Source: Geosiphon pyriformis uo1 (lineage: Eukaryota > Fungi > Glomeromycota). From it: a stretch of 23,747 bases of DNA. Made by a program: the position numbers and the translations under genes. Positions within the stretch are counted from its first letter, which is position 1. The number at the start of each line of letters is the position of its first letter. The notes below the pieces were generated by a model. It saw only the letters and a list, made by a program, of their open reading frames with translations. It made no database searches and had not been told where the DNA came from. Of this stretch, positions 11,751 to 22,657 are shown piece after piece. Location of the stretch: the NCBI GenBank assembly GCA_016748015.1, contig JAAOMT010000755.1, positions 86,946 to 110,692 of the forward strand. The letters run 5' to 3'.

Positions 11751-13627
11751 GATATTATTTTAAATAAAAATTCTAACCATTTGAATTTGAGCATTAAATT
11801 AAAATTAGTTTATTTAAAAATATTAGGTTTTGACCGTAAATATATATATTTATGATCAAAATAACTACTTTTTAAATTGCAAAAATTTCAGAATTTTTAG
11901 AAAAAGATATTAAAACCAGTTTTTAAATATGCTTTTGAATAAATGTATACAGTAAGTTTTGATAGTTAATGATAACAGATAACTAATAATAGATTATTTT
12001 TCAAAAATTATCAGTCACATAAATTAGGAATTTGAATTTTAAGCTCTAAAGTGATTGATGAAATTGAAATTTTTTAATGTAGAATATAGTAATAAGATAA
12101 TATAAAACTGGCCATTTTAGACATTAGATATATGAAACAAATTATTATTTTTAGCTTTAAGTACTTATACCTAAGCTTCCAAGTTCATTGGAAAGATTGA
12201 ATTACAAAGATTTTTCTAATAAATATCTTGTTGATATTTCAAATAAATAATTCAAACTGTTATAATTATTTTACTAAATTTATTATGCAACTCTTGGTGA
12301 AATTTTTCTATTCAATACATGATATTTGTTTCGATGCTATATATTTTTTCTATTATTAACAAGCTAATTATCGATCTTATTAATAATAATATTTTTAATA
12401 CAAAAGATTTCTATCTATTTGAGTCAAATTTTTTTTTTGAAATTAAAAAGATAAATTGCATTGAAATATAATTTATAGACCGAAAAAATAATTAGATTTA
12501 TACTGAAAGTTCCTAAAATTTATTCAAAGATAAAGCCGCATTATATTTTAAATGTGATTTCGTAAATAATCAATCAAGAATTTTTTAATTCATTTTTTTC
12601 CTTTGAATTTTTTTGCATATGTAGCACATAATCTCTTTGTTTTACCTTAAAAGGAATCTTGAATTTAAAAGTTTCGGTTTTTATCAATGATAATTAGACT
12701 TCTCATTTCACAAAAATTCCAACCACTTTTCACAAAAAAGCCTTCATTTTTTTGATTAAAAATTTATGCAAATAGGTTACCACCAAATATTTTATATTGT
12801 TAATAATCATACTTTTATGATTTGATGCGACTATGCTATAGCACTTATTCCAAAAGTAAAATTAAAACTCCTGTAACTATTAAAACTTTGAATTTTTTTC
12901 AGTTTGGTAAAGGCAATAGTTTAATTAATTTCTTTTATTTAAAAACTCTGTTTTTTTCTTAAAAAAATTAACAAAATTATAAATATTTAACCATTAGAAT
13001 ACTGAAAACTAATTTATTATTCAGCTTATTGACATTATTGTTTAAATTACAAATGGTAATTAAAATTATACATATAGTATATGAAAACAAGAATAAATGT
13101 GGATTAAAAAATTACAATACTTGAAAAGAATTTAATAAAAATCTAAATGATCAAAGCAATAATCTAACTGTTATTCTTTTTCAACTAAAAATTGTAATTT
13201 TTACAAACATATTTTTAATCTTTTTTATAGTAATTTCTTAAATGACTTCGTATATTGTTCTCAAAAAAAGCTTTTTTTCATTGATCCAATTTTTATAATA
13301 AATATTATACTTTTTTTTGTTGATATAATTAAAAGTTTTCATATACAAGAAAATTTGAATAATAAACTAAGATCATGTTTCTAAGTTTTCCAACTAAAAA
13401 GAAATGGTTATGTTTTCATTAAGAAATGGAGATTTTTTAAAAAAAATTTGTAAATTATTTATAGAATAAATTCTCCAAGTCATTCGCTTCTATGCCAAAT
13501 TGTTAATTTAATATTAATAACAGGTTGTATTTCGAAAATAATTTGTTAAGCTAAATGTCACTTGAGTTTGAGATTATTTGGCTTAATATAAAAATCCTTC
13601 TTTCTCTATAAATTTTTTTTTAAAACC

Positions 13628-16127
13628 ATGTCTTCCACTTTGCCAATTGAAATTACAATTTCATCTCCCAACTGTCTTAAAGGAGCTTTCAGTGTTATTA
13701 AAGAAATTCTAGCCATTTTTCCAAAAAAATGTCTTAAGCGCAATCAAAAAAAATGAGGGAAAAGCTTTTAAACGCTATTTCAAAGCAGCAAAGGCAGGAG
13801 ATTTAAATGCACAATACAATCTTGGATAGTGTTATGCTAATAGAGAAGGAACGACCAAAAATTTAGAAGAATCATTTGAACTCTTTTCGAAAGCAGCAAA
13901 GGCTGGACATTTAAATTCAACATTCAATCTTGGATAGTGTTATGCTAATGGAGAAGGAACGACAAAAAATTCAAAAAAAGGATTTGAACTCTATTCAAAT
14001 GCAGCAGAGGGGGGAGATTTAGATGCACAATGCAATCATTCACTTTGTTATTTAAATGGAGAAGGAATGACAGAAAATTCAGAAAAAGCATTTGAACTCT
14101 ATTCAAAAGCAGCAGAGACGGGACATTTAAGTGCACAATACAATCTTGCATTTTGCTACGATAATAGAAGAGGAATGACAAAAAATTCCAAAAATGCGTT
14201 TGAACTCTATTCAAAAGCAGCAGAGAGGGGAGATTTAAATGCACAATGCAATCTTGCACTTTTTATTTAAATGGAGAAGGGACGACAAAAAATTTAGAAA
14301 AAGCATTTAAACTCTTTTCAGAAGCAGCAGAGGTGGGACATTTAGTTGGAGGAGTAGGTGTTAGAGCATATCAATTGGAAACAGCGGAAAATCTGGGAAA
14401 AGGGGAAAATTCGAGATCACAAACCAGTATTGGCACGTATTATTGAAATGGAATAGTGAAGAATTTAGAAGAAATATTTCAATTTTATTCAAGAGCAGTA
14501 GAGGCAGGAAATTAAAATGCACAATATAACCTTGGATGGTGTTATCAAAATGGATGGGGAACCACAAAAATTTAAAAAAAGCATTTGAACTGTATTTAAA
14601 AGCAGCAGAAGCAAATAACTTATGTTATCAAAGTGATTTTTTTGATTTGCATGTCCATGACCTTACTTTAAAAGAACAAGAAAATTTGGAATATACCATT
14701 TTACAATTCCGAAAGCTAGACTTCAAATACCTAGATTATTTGAAAGGAGAATTTTTAGATTTTGAAGCTTTCTTTGACCAGCTTTCAGATGAATTTAAGT
14801 GTCTTAAATGTGGCAACTTGGGTACAATCATTAGTGGATCTCCTATATGTCCATTTTGCGATACTGATAAAAGGGATAATATTAGGTTGCCGAAATGCCT
14901 AGAGTGCGATGGAACATTAAAAAATTCACTTTGGTGTAAATCTTGTAAATATCTACGATTGTTAAAAAGTTGCGGAACATGGAACAGTGGAAACGATAAT
15001 ATTGATCAGTATATAAATCATACACAAAAGATTTCTGAAAGCTGCGGGGGATTTTTGGAATGGATTTCTCCTGACGAGATCACATTTTTAGATAGGGTGG
15101 GAACAGGGGGATTTGGTATTGTTAAAGAAGGTAGATAGGAGAGAGGCAGAATTCTATTTTGGGATAAGAAAAATCAAAAATATGAACGAACTGGGGTTAC
15201 TAAAGTTGCTTTAAAATGTCTTAAAGGCAACCAAAATATGGAATGTATCAATTCAGATAAGGTATTTTCTTTTAAGTAATCTATGTAATTTTTATTATCC
15301 CTATTTTTTCTCTAACACCAAAAAATGCATTAAAATAGTTTCTTGTGCATCTTACAAGTGCATCTTGCAAATATATCCTTGAATGCTATGGAATAACCAA
15401 AGATGTTACAAATAATGAATTTGTTATGGTTTTACCATTTGCGGAACATGGGGACCTCAAAGCTTTTCTTAAGTCAAACAAAGATATTCTCACTTAGGAC
15501 ATGTTTCTTCGTATTCTTTTTCAAATCGCTGGTGGCCTAAGATTTATACATGAATCAAAACTGGTGCATGGGGACTTGCATCCTGAAAATATCCTTGCTT
15601 TGAAAACAACACCCTTAAAAGTTGTCATTTCTGATCTTGGACTCTGTCATCCTGCAGATGACACTCCACAGTTTGGAAAAATTTATGGTGTTCTTGAGTA
15701 TCTTGCACCAAAAATTTTCGAGGAGGATTCTCATACTAAGTATAGCAATATATACTGCTTTGCTATCATTTAATGTGAAATTATATCGGGAGAAAGACCT
15801 TTTAATAATACAGATCCTATCAACGTGGTACATAATGTGATTAAGGGAAAGCGTCCTACAATCAAGAAACATACACCTCAATGTATTCAGGAAATAATTA
15901 AAAAAAATTGGCATTGTAATCCGCAATACCGTAACACTGCAGAACAACTTCAACAAAGAGTTATTGCTGCTCATTATAACTGTAACTTAAATGAACTTGT
16001 CTATGAGAAAAGATTTTATTCTGAAGAGATAAAAGATGCTCAACATGATGAAACAAGATATAAAAGTCAACATATCTCAAACTTTACATGTTCAATGAGT
16101 GGTGAGACTTTCATTTATAATATTTAA
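13628..16127 (+). pseudogene. Sel1-repeat / CxxC / tyrosine-kinase-like protein kinase pseudogene
   Basis: ATG at 13628, then ~8 Sel1 repeats, four CxxC motifs (CLKC, CPFC, CLEC, CKSC) and a WNSGNDNID..LEWI linker. Kinase motifs are GTGGFG, VALK, HGDLHPENIL, DLG, GVLEYLAPK and GERPF. Intron 15262-15338 has GT, a CTAAC branch site and AG. Stops at 13827, 13935, 14444, ~14512, 15136, 15495 and 15771; frameshifts at ~13750, ~14262 and ~14568. Small 3' exons beyond 16102 are possible. Confidence 0.92.
13760..14610 (+). repeat. 108-bp Sel1-coding tandem array
   Basis: (K/N/E)AA codons start at 13782, 13890, 13998, 14106, 14214 and 14321 (period 108, one 1-bp loss). An irregular unit and further units follow to ~14610. 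Confidence 0.93.
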
Positions 16128-17527
16128 TGTTTAAGAATTTTTCTGATTTAAGCGTCTTTTTTTCATATCTGGATTGTTCTACTAGCATTAGTCATACGAA
16201 TAAAGACACACTTGACCAAATCAGTAAGCACTTTCAATTTATTTTAAAAATGATATTAATTGTTTTTTATCAATATTTAACTATAAAATGATTTGAAACA
16301 GATACATATGAACGAAATTTATAAAAATTATTATAAATGGTTTTATTAGTTAAGGGAATTGAAAAAGTATTTTTTCTAATTCACCTACCACATTTTTAAA
16401 TATGAAGCTAATATTAGATAATCAGAAGATCAGTAAAACACACGGATTAAATGTTCAATTTTTATTATTATAATAGTTGAATAGATTGTTGATCAAACTG
16501 TAATAAATTTTTTTGAATACTTTTTTAAATATCATAAAAAAAAATTATTCATTTGAAATAAAACATTTTTAAATTAGCTTTTTTAAACTAATACTATGCA
16601 ATGACAGAAAAACTTAATATTAAAAGAAAAACTTTACTCGTTTTACTAACATTTTTTTAATAGTATATTAATAAGTTAATTTGGCATATGAGAATCAACA
16701 GCTCATGAAATTTTGAAAAGAAGAAATAAATTTCTCAGCAAAAATTTATACCCCACACCAAATAGATGAATAGTGTTTAAAAATGTAATATTTTATATAA
16801 ATGTAAATTTTGTAGTACAGCCCAAAATACATCAGTTGGATCATTTCTCAAAGCCAAACAACAATTGAGAAAAATTATTCAAAAATATTTAAACAATATA
16901 ATTAAAACAATTTTGTATTGTATAACTTCAAACCAAAAATTGATATCAAAATCTCGCTCTGGTATAAAAAAAGTAACTTATTTTTTGTTTTTGTTTTAAT
17001 AAGACAAAAAATTTATATTACTGAAAATTCTTATTAAGATAAAACATGTACTGCTATTCAATTGGTTTTTATGTAAAAATTTACATAGTGAAAATAATTT
17101 AAGCGAAGAAAAAAATTATTCATAGTCTATTTTAAAATCAAAAAAAAATTATAAATCACAATATAGTTAAGAGACATAGAAACTTTAAAAATAATAATAA
17201 ATATAATTAAAAAAGTCACGAGTCCATAAAATCAATTGTATATATATTTAAATTAAATTAAGGTATTTCTATAACCAGTAATATAATAAATTATAATTAT
17301 TTAATTAATTTACAAAATTTTTAAATATATTTTATATTAAGATTGTTATCTTTAAACCAAAAACCAAAACTAGATTTTTAACATTATAACATGATTGTAT
17401 TTTTGGAATAATTAATCAACATGAAAAAATTTTATTTAAAGTTAAATCATCAGATTGACTTTCTTTTGCAGAACTTTTTTTGAGTAAATTACAGAAAAAA
17501 AGATTGACAAAAAATTCAAATCATGTA

Positions 17528-17990
17528 CTGTCACTTCGGAAAGTAACGCCCGAATTTCTTTATTAAATAACAATTGAAATATATACATAAATTATTTCTT
17601 CTTTTATTTTGCGTATAAAATTTTTATAAATTATGTTAATATCTGTTAGCTCTCTATTTACATCCAAACTCTTTTAATTCTTCGCGGGATTGAGTTTACA
17701 ACTCAAGGTATTAAAATTAGATTTTAGATTCTCTTACAGTTTTCGGGACATCATTACATTTTTGAATATTATTATTCATTAATTTTCAGATGTTTTTTAC
17801 AGATTAAAGTCGAGTGAGATTGGTGACCAAACTATAGTTTTAGTTTTGTTTGCAGAATTCTTATACAATTTCATTTGCAGTATGAAGGGATGCATTATCT
17901 TGTTAAAACACTAAAATTTTCTTTATCAATTAATATGTTGCTCGACATTGTCTTTTGCAATTAGTTTGAGATATTTTAAGTTTAATTTTA
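17528..17990 (-). mobile_element. Degraded Tc1/mariner 3' fragment
   Basis: With frameshifts the minus strand reads F*QDNASLHTA (17902-17891 = QDNA), IVWSPISLDFNL (cf. WPPxSPDLNP), NI*KLMNNNIQK..PKTVRE and VNSIPRRIK, ending ..Y* at 17636-38. TA|CTGTCACTTCGGAAAGT at 17526 is a possible terminal inverted repeat end. Confidence 0.75.
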
Positions 17991-18672
17991 AAATGCAATT
18001 GGCAAAAAATAGTATTAATGTAACTTGATAAATTAGATACAATAATTAAATATACAAAAATAGATGGTAAATAAACCAAAATCATAATTATGGCAACAAT
18101 TAAATTCTATAAATTTTATGTTATTACAAAATATTATTTATAAAATATTTTATATTTTTCAATTTTTTGTACTGATTGACCCATATTTTATACTTATTAT
18201 TTTCAATATATATATATATATCGAAAATTTATAGTGATTTAAAATATTTATTAATTTGGTTATTTAACCCATATTATTATTATATTATTATATTAAAAAT
18301 AAAGTAAGTATTTCAAAATACTTGTGGAATCATTCCATATATTTTGTTTATTTTGCTGCTTTTCTGGTTGTTTGTAAGTTGACATTTCCAATATTTACAA
18401 TATTTCTAATAAATTATAAAATAATGTCTGAATATAGGTCACAAAAAATTATACTAGATGAAGGAATTTCTGTAAACTAAGTAGCTGTATTATATGCAAT
18501 CCTTAATTTATAAGACCAACTTGTAGAATGAAAATTTGTTGATTCAGCGTTTGTATAATTCTATTGATTAAAGTGACATAATCTAAATAACCACCACCAT
18601 TATTAATAAACATACTTTTGAATATTTAAGTATTAACACATGTAAAAAGGATAAATTAAGTAAATAGATAAC

Positions 18673-18704
<32 letters not shown>
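18673..18704. repeat. (TAA)10 microsatellite
   Basis: Perfect trinucleotide run, read directly. Confidence 0.95.
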
Positions 18705-19402
18705 TTGCTTACTTCTTTAAAAACATTTTTGAACTGTTTTTTATAAATTTTATTGCTACTTCGGTTTATTTTCTCTTTTATATTTCATTAAACCATCAAA
18801 CATGATTATTTTATATATTATACTGAATCTTTTTCTATTAATTTTGTTGATATTTAACAAATGCTTGTATGAAATAGTAATATGTTTAAGATAATATGAA
18901 TTAATAAACATCAAAAAAAAATTATGTGATTAAATAGTATATGTATAAATAATATTTATTTTATGTTATATAAAATACATCAAGGCCTAATTACTAATAT
19001 AAATCAGAAAACAAAAATTGGTCTTTTTAAACTTGCAAATAATAACAGTTTTTGTTTTTTTTAGAAGATGTTTATACTTTATTTTGGGTGGAACATAGCA
19101 TTCAACTATGTTATAAAAGACATTTTACAAAAAAAAAAGTGGATTAAAAGAAAAATCGAAATTTATTTTATTAATATATATCTTATAATTAGAATATATA
19201 TTCTTCGTAAAATTCAATTTTAAATACAGATTTGTGAACTGGTCTTGCCTGACAGAAGGCCTTGAAATTGGTTAAACAGATGAAATTAACTGAGCTTTAA
19301 TTCTTGTCTTAGACTGGTTAAATAATAAGTTATACATGTATCCAAATAAAAAAAAGTTATTTATATAATATATAACATACTTTATTAAAGCTATTGTCAG
19401 AT

Positions 19403-19429
19403 TTATTATTATTATTATTATTATTATTA
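19403..19429. repeat. (TTA)9 microsatellite
   Basis: Perfect trinucleotide run, read directly. Confidence 0.95.
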
Positions 19430-19985
19430 GACTTATTTAAAACTGGGTTTGCTTTGGCTTTTAAAATTTTGTTTTTTTTTAGTTGAATAATATGTGATAA
19501 AATTTCTACTATAAGTTTTTCATTTTTGAAAATTGATTATTTGGAATTAATTTTGACTTGAATATTATATTAGAATTTAAGAAAAAAAATAAAGAGAACA
19601 AATAATAGCAAAGAAGAAAATAATGACAAAAAAGTTAAATAGTGGCAAAAAGAAGAAATAATAATGAGAAGAAATAGTAGTAAAAAAAAAATAGGGCAAA
19701 AAGAAAAAATAATAGTGAAAAGAACAAATAGTAATAAAAAAAATGAAAAAAAAACAAATAATAGAGAAAATAACATTAATAATAAAATTATTCAAGTCAT
19801 AATAAAGTTATTATCTCTTTCCATATGTATGATAATAACAAAATGATATATCCAAATTATTACTATTTACATGAACAATAAAGTCATTGCTTTTTTTATA
19901 TAATATAAATTATGAAATAATCAAAATTATATTCTTTTATTTTGTTAAAATTAGGGCTTAAATATTAATTCAAACTATTTAAAAT

Positions 19986-22408
19986 AAGACTAAGCAAATT
20001 TTTTGTGCTTGTGCAAAATATCAGAAAAATGATATAAAAAACTTAAGATATTAATTACAAAATTCACAAAAATTAGACATCACAAAAGAAAACATAAACA
20101 AAACAACTTGGATTTAAAAAGTTGCTTAAGTTTGAGTGTTTTTGATATTGAAGAAAGTTCAGACAATAATTCTGAAATTTTAATTATTGGGTATGTTTAT
20201 ATAAAGTCTATTTTTATTTCTTTAACATATTTTAACATTAAGTACAATAATTCAAAGATCTAAAAATTGTATTATAAATAAAAATTGTATGAACATAATC
20301 GATAAAAGTCATTTGGAAAGTGGTTATTTTAACATAGAGTCTGAATTGATTTCAAATTCTGAAATTATGAATTATTCAAATATTAAGCACAAATTGTCTT
20401 TGAATTCTCAAATTATTAATTATTTGAATATTAAGCACAAATTGTTTTCGAATTCTGGAATTAATGATTCAATTGACTCAGACAAATTATCTGATAATAT
20501 TTTTGATATGAAAATTTGGTATTTACAGTTACTTAAAAAATTTCTTATTCTTTTATCTTAAAACTAATTTGATAATTCCATTTATATTAGATATTAAATA
20601 AGAAAGAAAATTATTTAGTAAATTGGCTTGTATACTTAGATTATTCAAGGTTAAGTTTTGTTTTAACAAATTATGATAGCAGTTAATAATAATGTTTTTA
20701 ATCTATATTAAGCAAAAAAGATAGTATTTATAAAACCAATATAAGTTGATATTTATATTAAATTCTGTTATACATATACTAAAAAGTACAAAAATTATAA
20801 TGAATATAATATCTGTTAGATACCAAAATTCTGAGAAAAAAAACGTGTTTCTTAATGTCAAATAGCTTATTTCTCTATCAAAGATCATTTTTGAATTTAG
20901 TATCAAGATTCAAAACACTCCGAAATCATAAGATATTGTACACAATTAAAGATAAATTTGATGATATAAAATACAAAAAACTTGTGTCTAAAAGCTTTTT
21001 TTAAGATAATTAAAATATGGTATTGACAAGTTTTATTGATAATTATTAAATATTTCGACAAAAAACAGACAATTACTAGATAGTTTTAATAATCAATGCC
21101 AATATTTGTCTATAGAATATGTCGAAAAAAAATTTAATAATAACAACTATTATGTCTAGTTCAAAGAAATCTAAGAATTTTAATTCAAAAATATTTCTTA
21201 AAAAATTGAAAAAGTTAAAAAATAATATTCTAAATATCTTATTTAACAGACTATTAATTATATATATTAATTTTATTATTTAATATGTATCTAGTTAGAA
21301 TTGACTGCTATGATGGATTTAAAAAAAAGTCTTTTTTGTAACATGTTTATGTCTTATTATAGTTAAGTAATATGCTTGGTTTAAAAAAATTAATGTGTTT
21401 TATAAAATTTATACAAATAATGTTATTTTTGTAATATCTATGAACTTTATACAAATTATATATATTTTGTAATATTATTATCTATTAAAAAAAAGAATTA
21501 GTATCAAACATATGATCTAGATAATTTACTTTTGCAAATTTATAAATAATTTAAAAATTAAATCTTTCAAATAAAAACAGCCAGTTCAGAAAAAAACAAA
21601 AGAGAATTAATATTAGAATTTAGTATGTTTTTATTATTAATGTTTTACATTAATTGTTTTTATTAATATTTATTTTTTTTATAATAATAATAATAAAAAA
21701 TCAAAGTATATTATTTTATTTGAAAGTAATCTATTTTTCAGATTTTTTTAATTAATATAATGTATCTTATTTATAAAAACATTGCTGAATACATGTTTAA
21801 ACATTAAACAGATAATTTTTTTCAAAAAAAAAGTGGTTAGAATAATAAAAATTATGTATTCAACAAAAATACATGGAAAGAAATAAAAGTTGAAATAAGT
21901 TATTATTGAACAATACTGCCTATTTTATTTAGATAATTTTTACATAATATTGTTTTTTATTATAATAAATATAAGACTAAAGAATAGGTTTTATGAATCA
22001 CAATATATTTTTTGCCTTTTTTAAAAAGCAAATTTTACAAAGACACTATAAAAAATAAACAACTTTTATTAAAGCTGTATGCTTGTGTCAAAAGTTAATA
22101 TTAACTGCACAAGATATAGATTATATTTAATTATTATTTGGTTTTTTATAACTTATAAAAGGTAAATAAATACTTATTGCTTTATTAATTTAATATAAAG
22201 TATTTACAAAAGTAATTAATTTTTTTTACAAATATTATTACTGTAATCAAGAGAAATAATATAATACAATAAAATTATGTTTTCATAATTTTTTATATAT
22301 TGTAGATAGTATTAAAAAAACTGGTCTATGTTGAACCACTTAGCATTTTCTTATGGAATAAATATGTAAAATGCTTGTTTTTTTAGTCTAATCATATTTT
22401 TATTTATA
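19986..22408 (+). mobile_element. Hypermutated CACTA/EnSpm (CMC; tnp2/Transposase_21 plus DUF4218-like) transposase relic, interrupted by a Tc1 insertion
   Basis: Decayed motifs occur in family order: FCACAK..TKIRHHK; PI*VDIYIKFCYTYT (cf. PIWxDMCINSCCAFT); QIAYFSIKDHF*I*YQD; SFIDNY*IFRQKTDNY*IVLIINANI at ~21030-21105 (cf. GSxDGYQIFRQKTDDCWxVxxINAN); MSSSKKSKNFNS (cf. PGPKEPKDFNS); SNMLGLKKLMC; CYFCNI; INIMYL/FYKNIA (cf. IDIMHLFYENIA); YKTKE*VL*ITIYFLP (cf. YKAEEWxxWITxYSLP); FIKAVCLCQK; TGLC*TT*HFLME*ICKML (cf. TGPCWxTWQFPMERxCGML). Confidence 0.88.
20355..20466 (+). repeat. In-frame 48-bp tandem repeat (~2.3 copies) in the CACTA N-terminal low-complexity region
   Basis: AATTCT occurs at 20355, 20403 and 20451, translating as NSEIMNYSNIKHKLSL / NSQIINYLNIKHKLFS / NSGIN. 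Confidence 0.85.
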
Positions 22409-22518
22409 CAGAGGGTGTCCAAAAGTTTCCGAACAAACTTTGGAGTAACATTCCACATGCTTGAATAATTAGGAAAGCACGAGTTTATTACTAAATTAAG
22501 TTAGTTAATTATTTAATA

Positions 22519-22621
22519 ACGCGTTTTTTATTTTTTAAACACGCGTGTATAATGTTTTTTCGCGACGCGCATAATCGATTTTATTCATACTCGTTTTTTT
22601 ATAAAAATGAAATGTAACGCG
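22519..22621 (+). promoter_or_regulatory. Cluster of MCB/SCB-like boxes upstream of the Tc1 transposase
   Basis: ACGCGT at 22519 and 22541; TTTCGCG (reverse complement of CGCGAAA) at 22558; ACGCG at 22565 and 22617. Function is inferred only. Confidence 0.45.
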
Positions 22622-22657
22622 CATATAAGATTTTTTCGTCGTTTTTATTAAAACGAA

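Noticed and set aside
13945-14567. Minus-strand ORFs 13945-14259 and 14361-14567 (also 6439-6660, 10335-10520, 15615-15974, 15622-15840, 23052-23507)
   Set aside because: They are antisense or alternative-frame shadows of the Sel1, BTB-TLDc, kinase and transposase sequences.
15346-15371. 13-bp tandem GTGCATCTT(A/G)CAA in the kinase exon
   Set aside because: The frame is intact across it and it has no evident consequence.
13827-15497. Four TAG stops at expected Trp positions (13827, 13935, 15136, 15495), suggesting A-to-I stop-codon editing or TAG recoding
   Set aside because: The gene also has three frameshifts and TAA/TGA stops at positions not expected to be Trp. TGG>TAG is what the window-wide G>A bias predicts. 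RNA-seq showing A>G at these sites would reopen the idea.
16795-16990. KCKFCSTAQNTSVGSFLKAK, resembling a transposase zinc ribbon (Merlin/BED type)
   Set aside because: It is a single CxxC with no downstream catalytic motif, which is too weak.
19570-19846. Phe/Leu-rich 'membrane protein' and Lys/Asn-rich ORFs
   Set aside because: They are by-products of the A-rich low-complexity tract.
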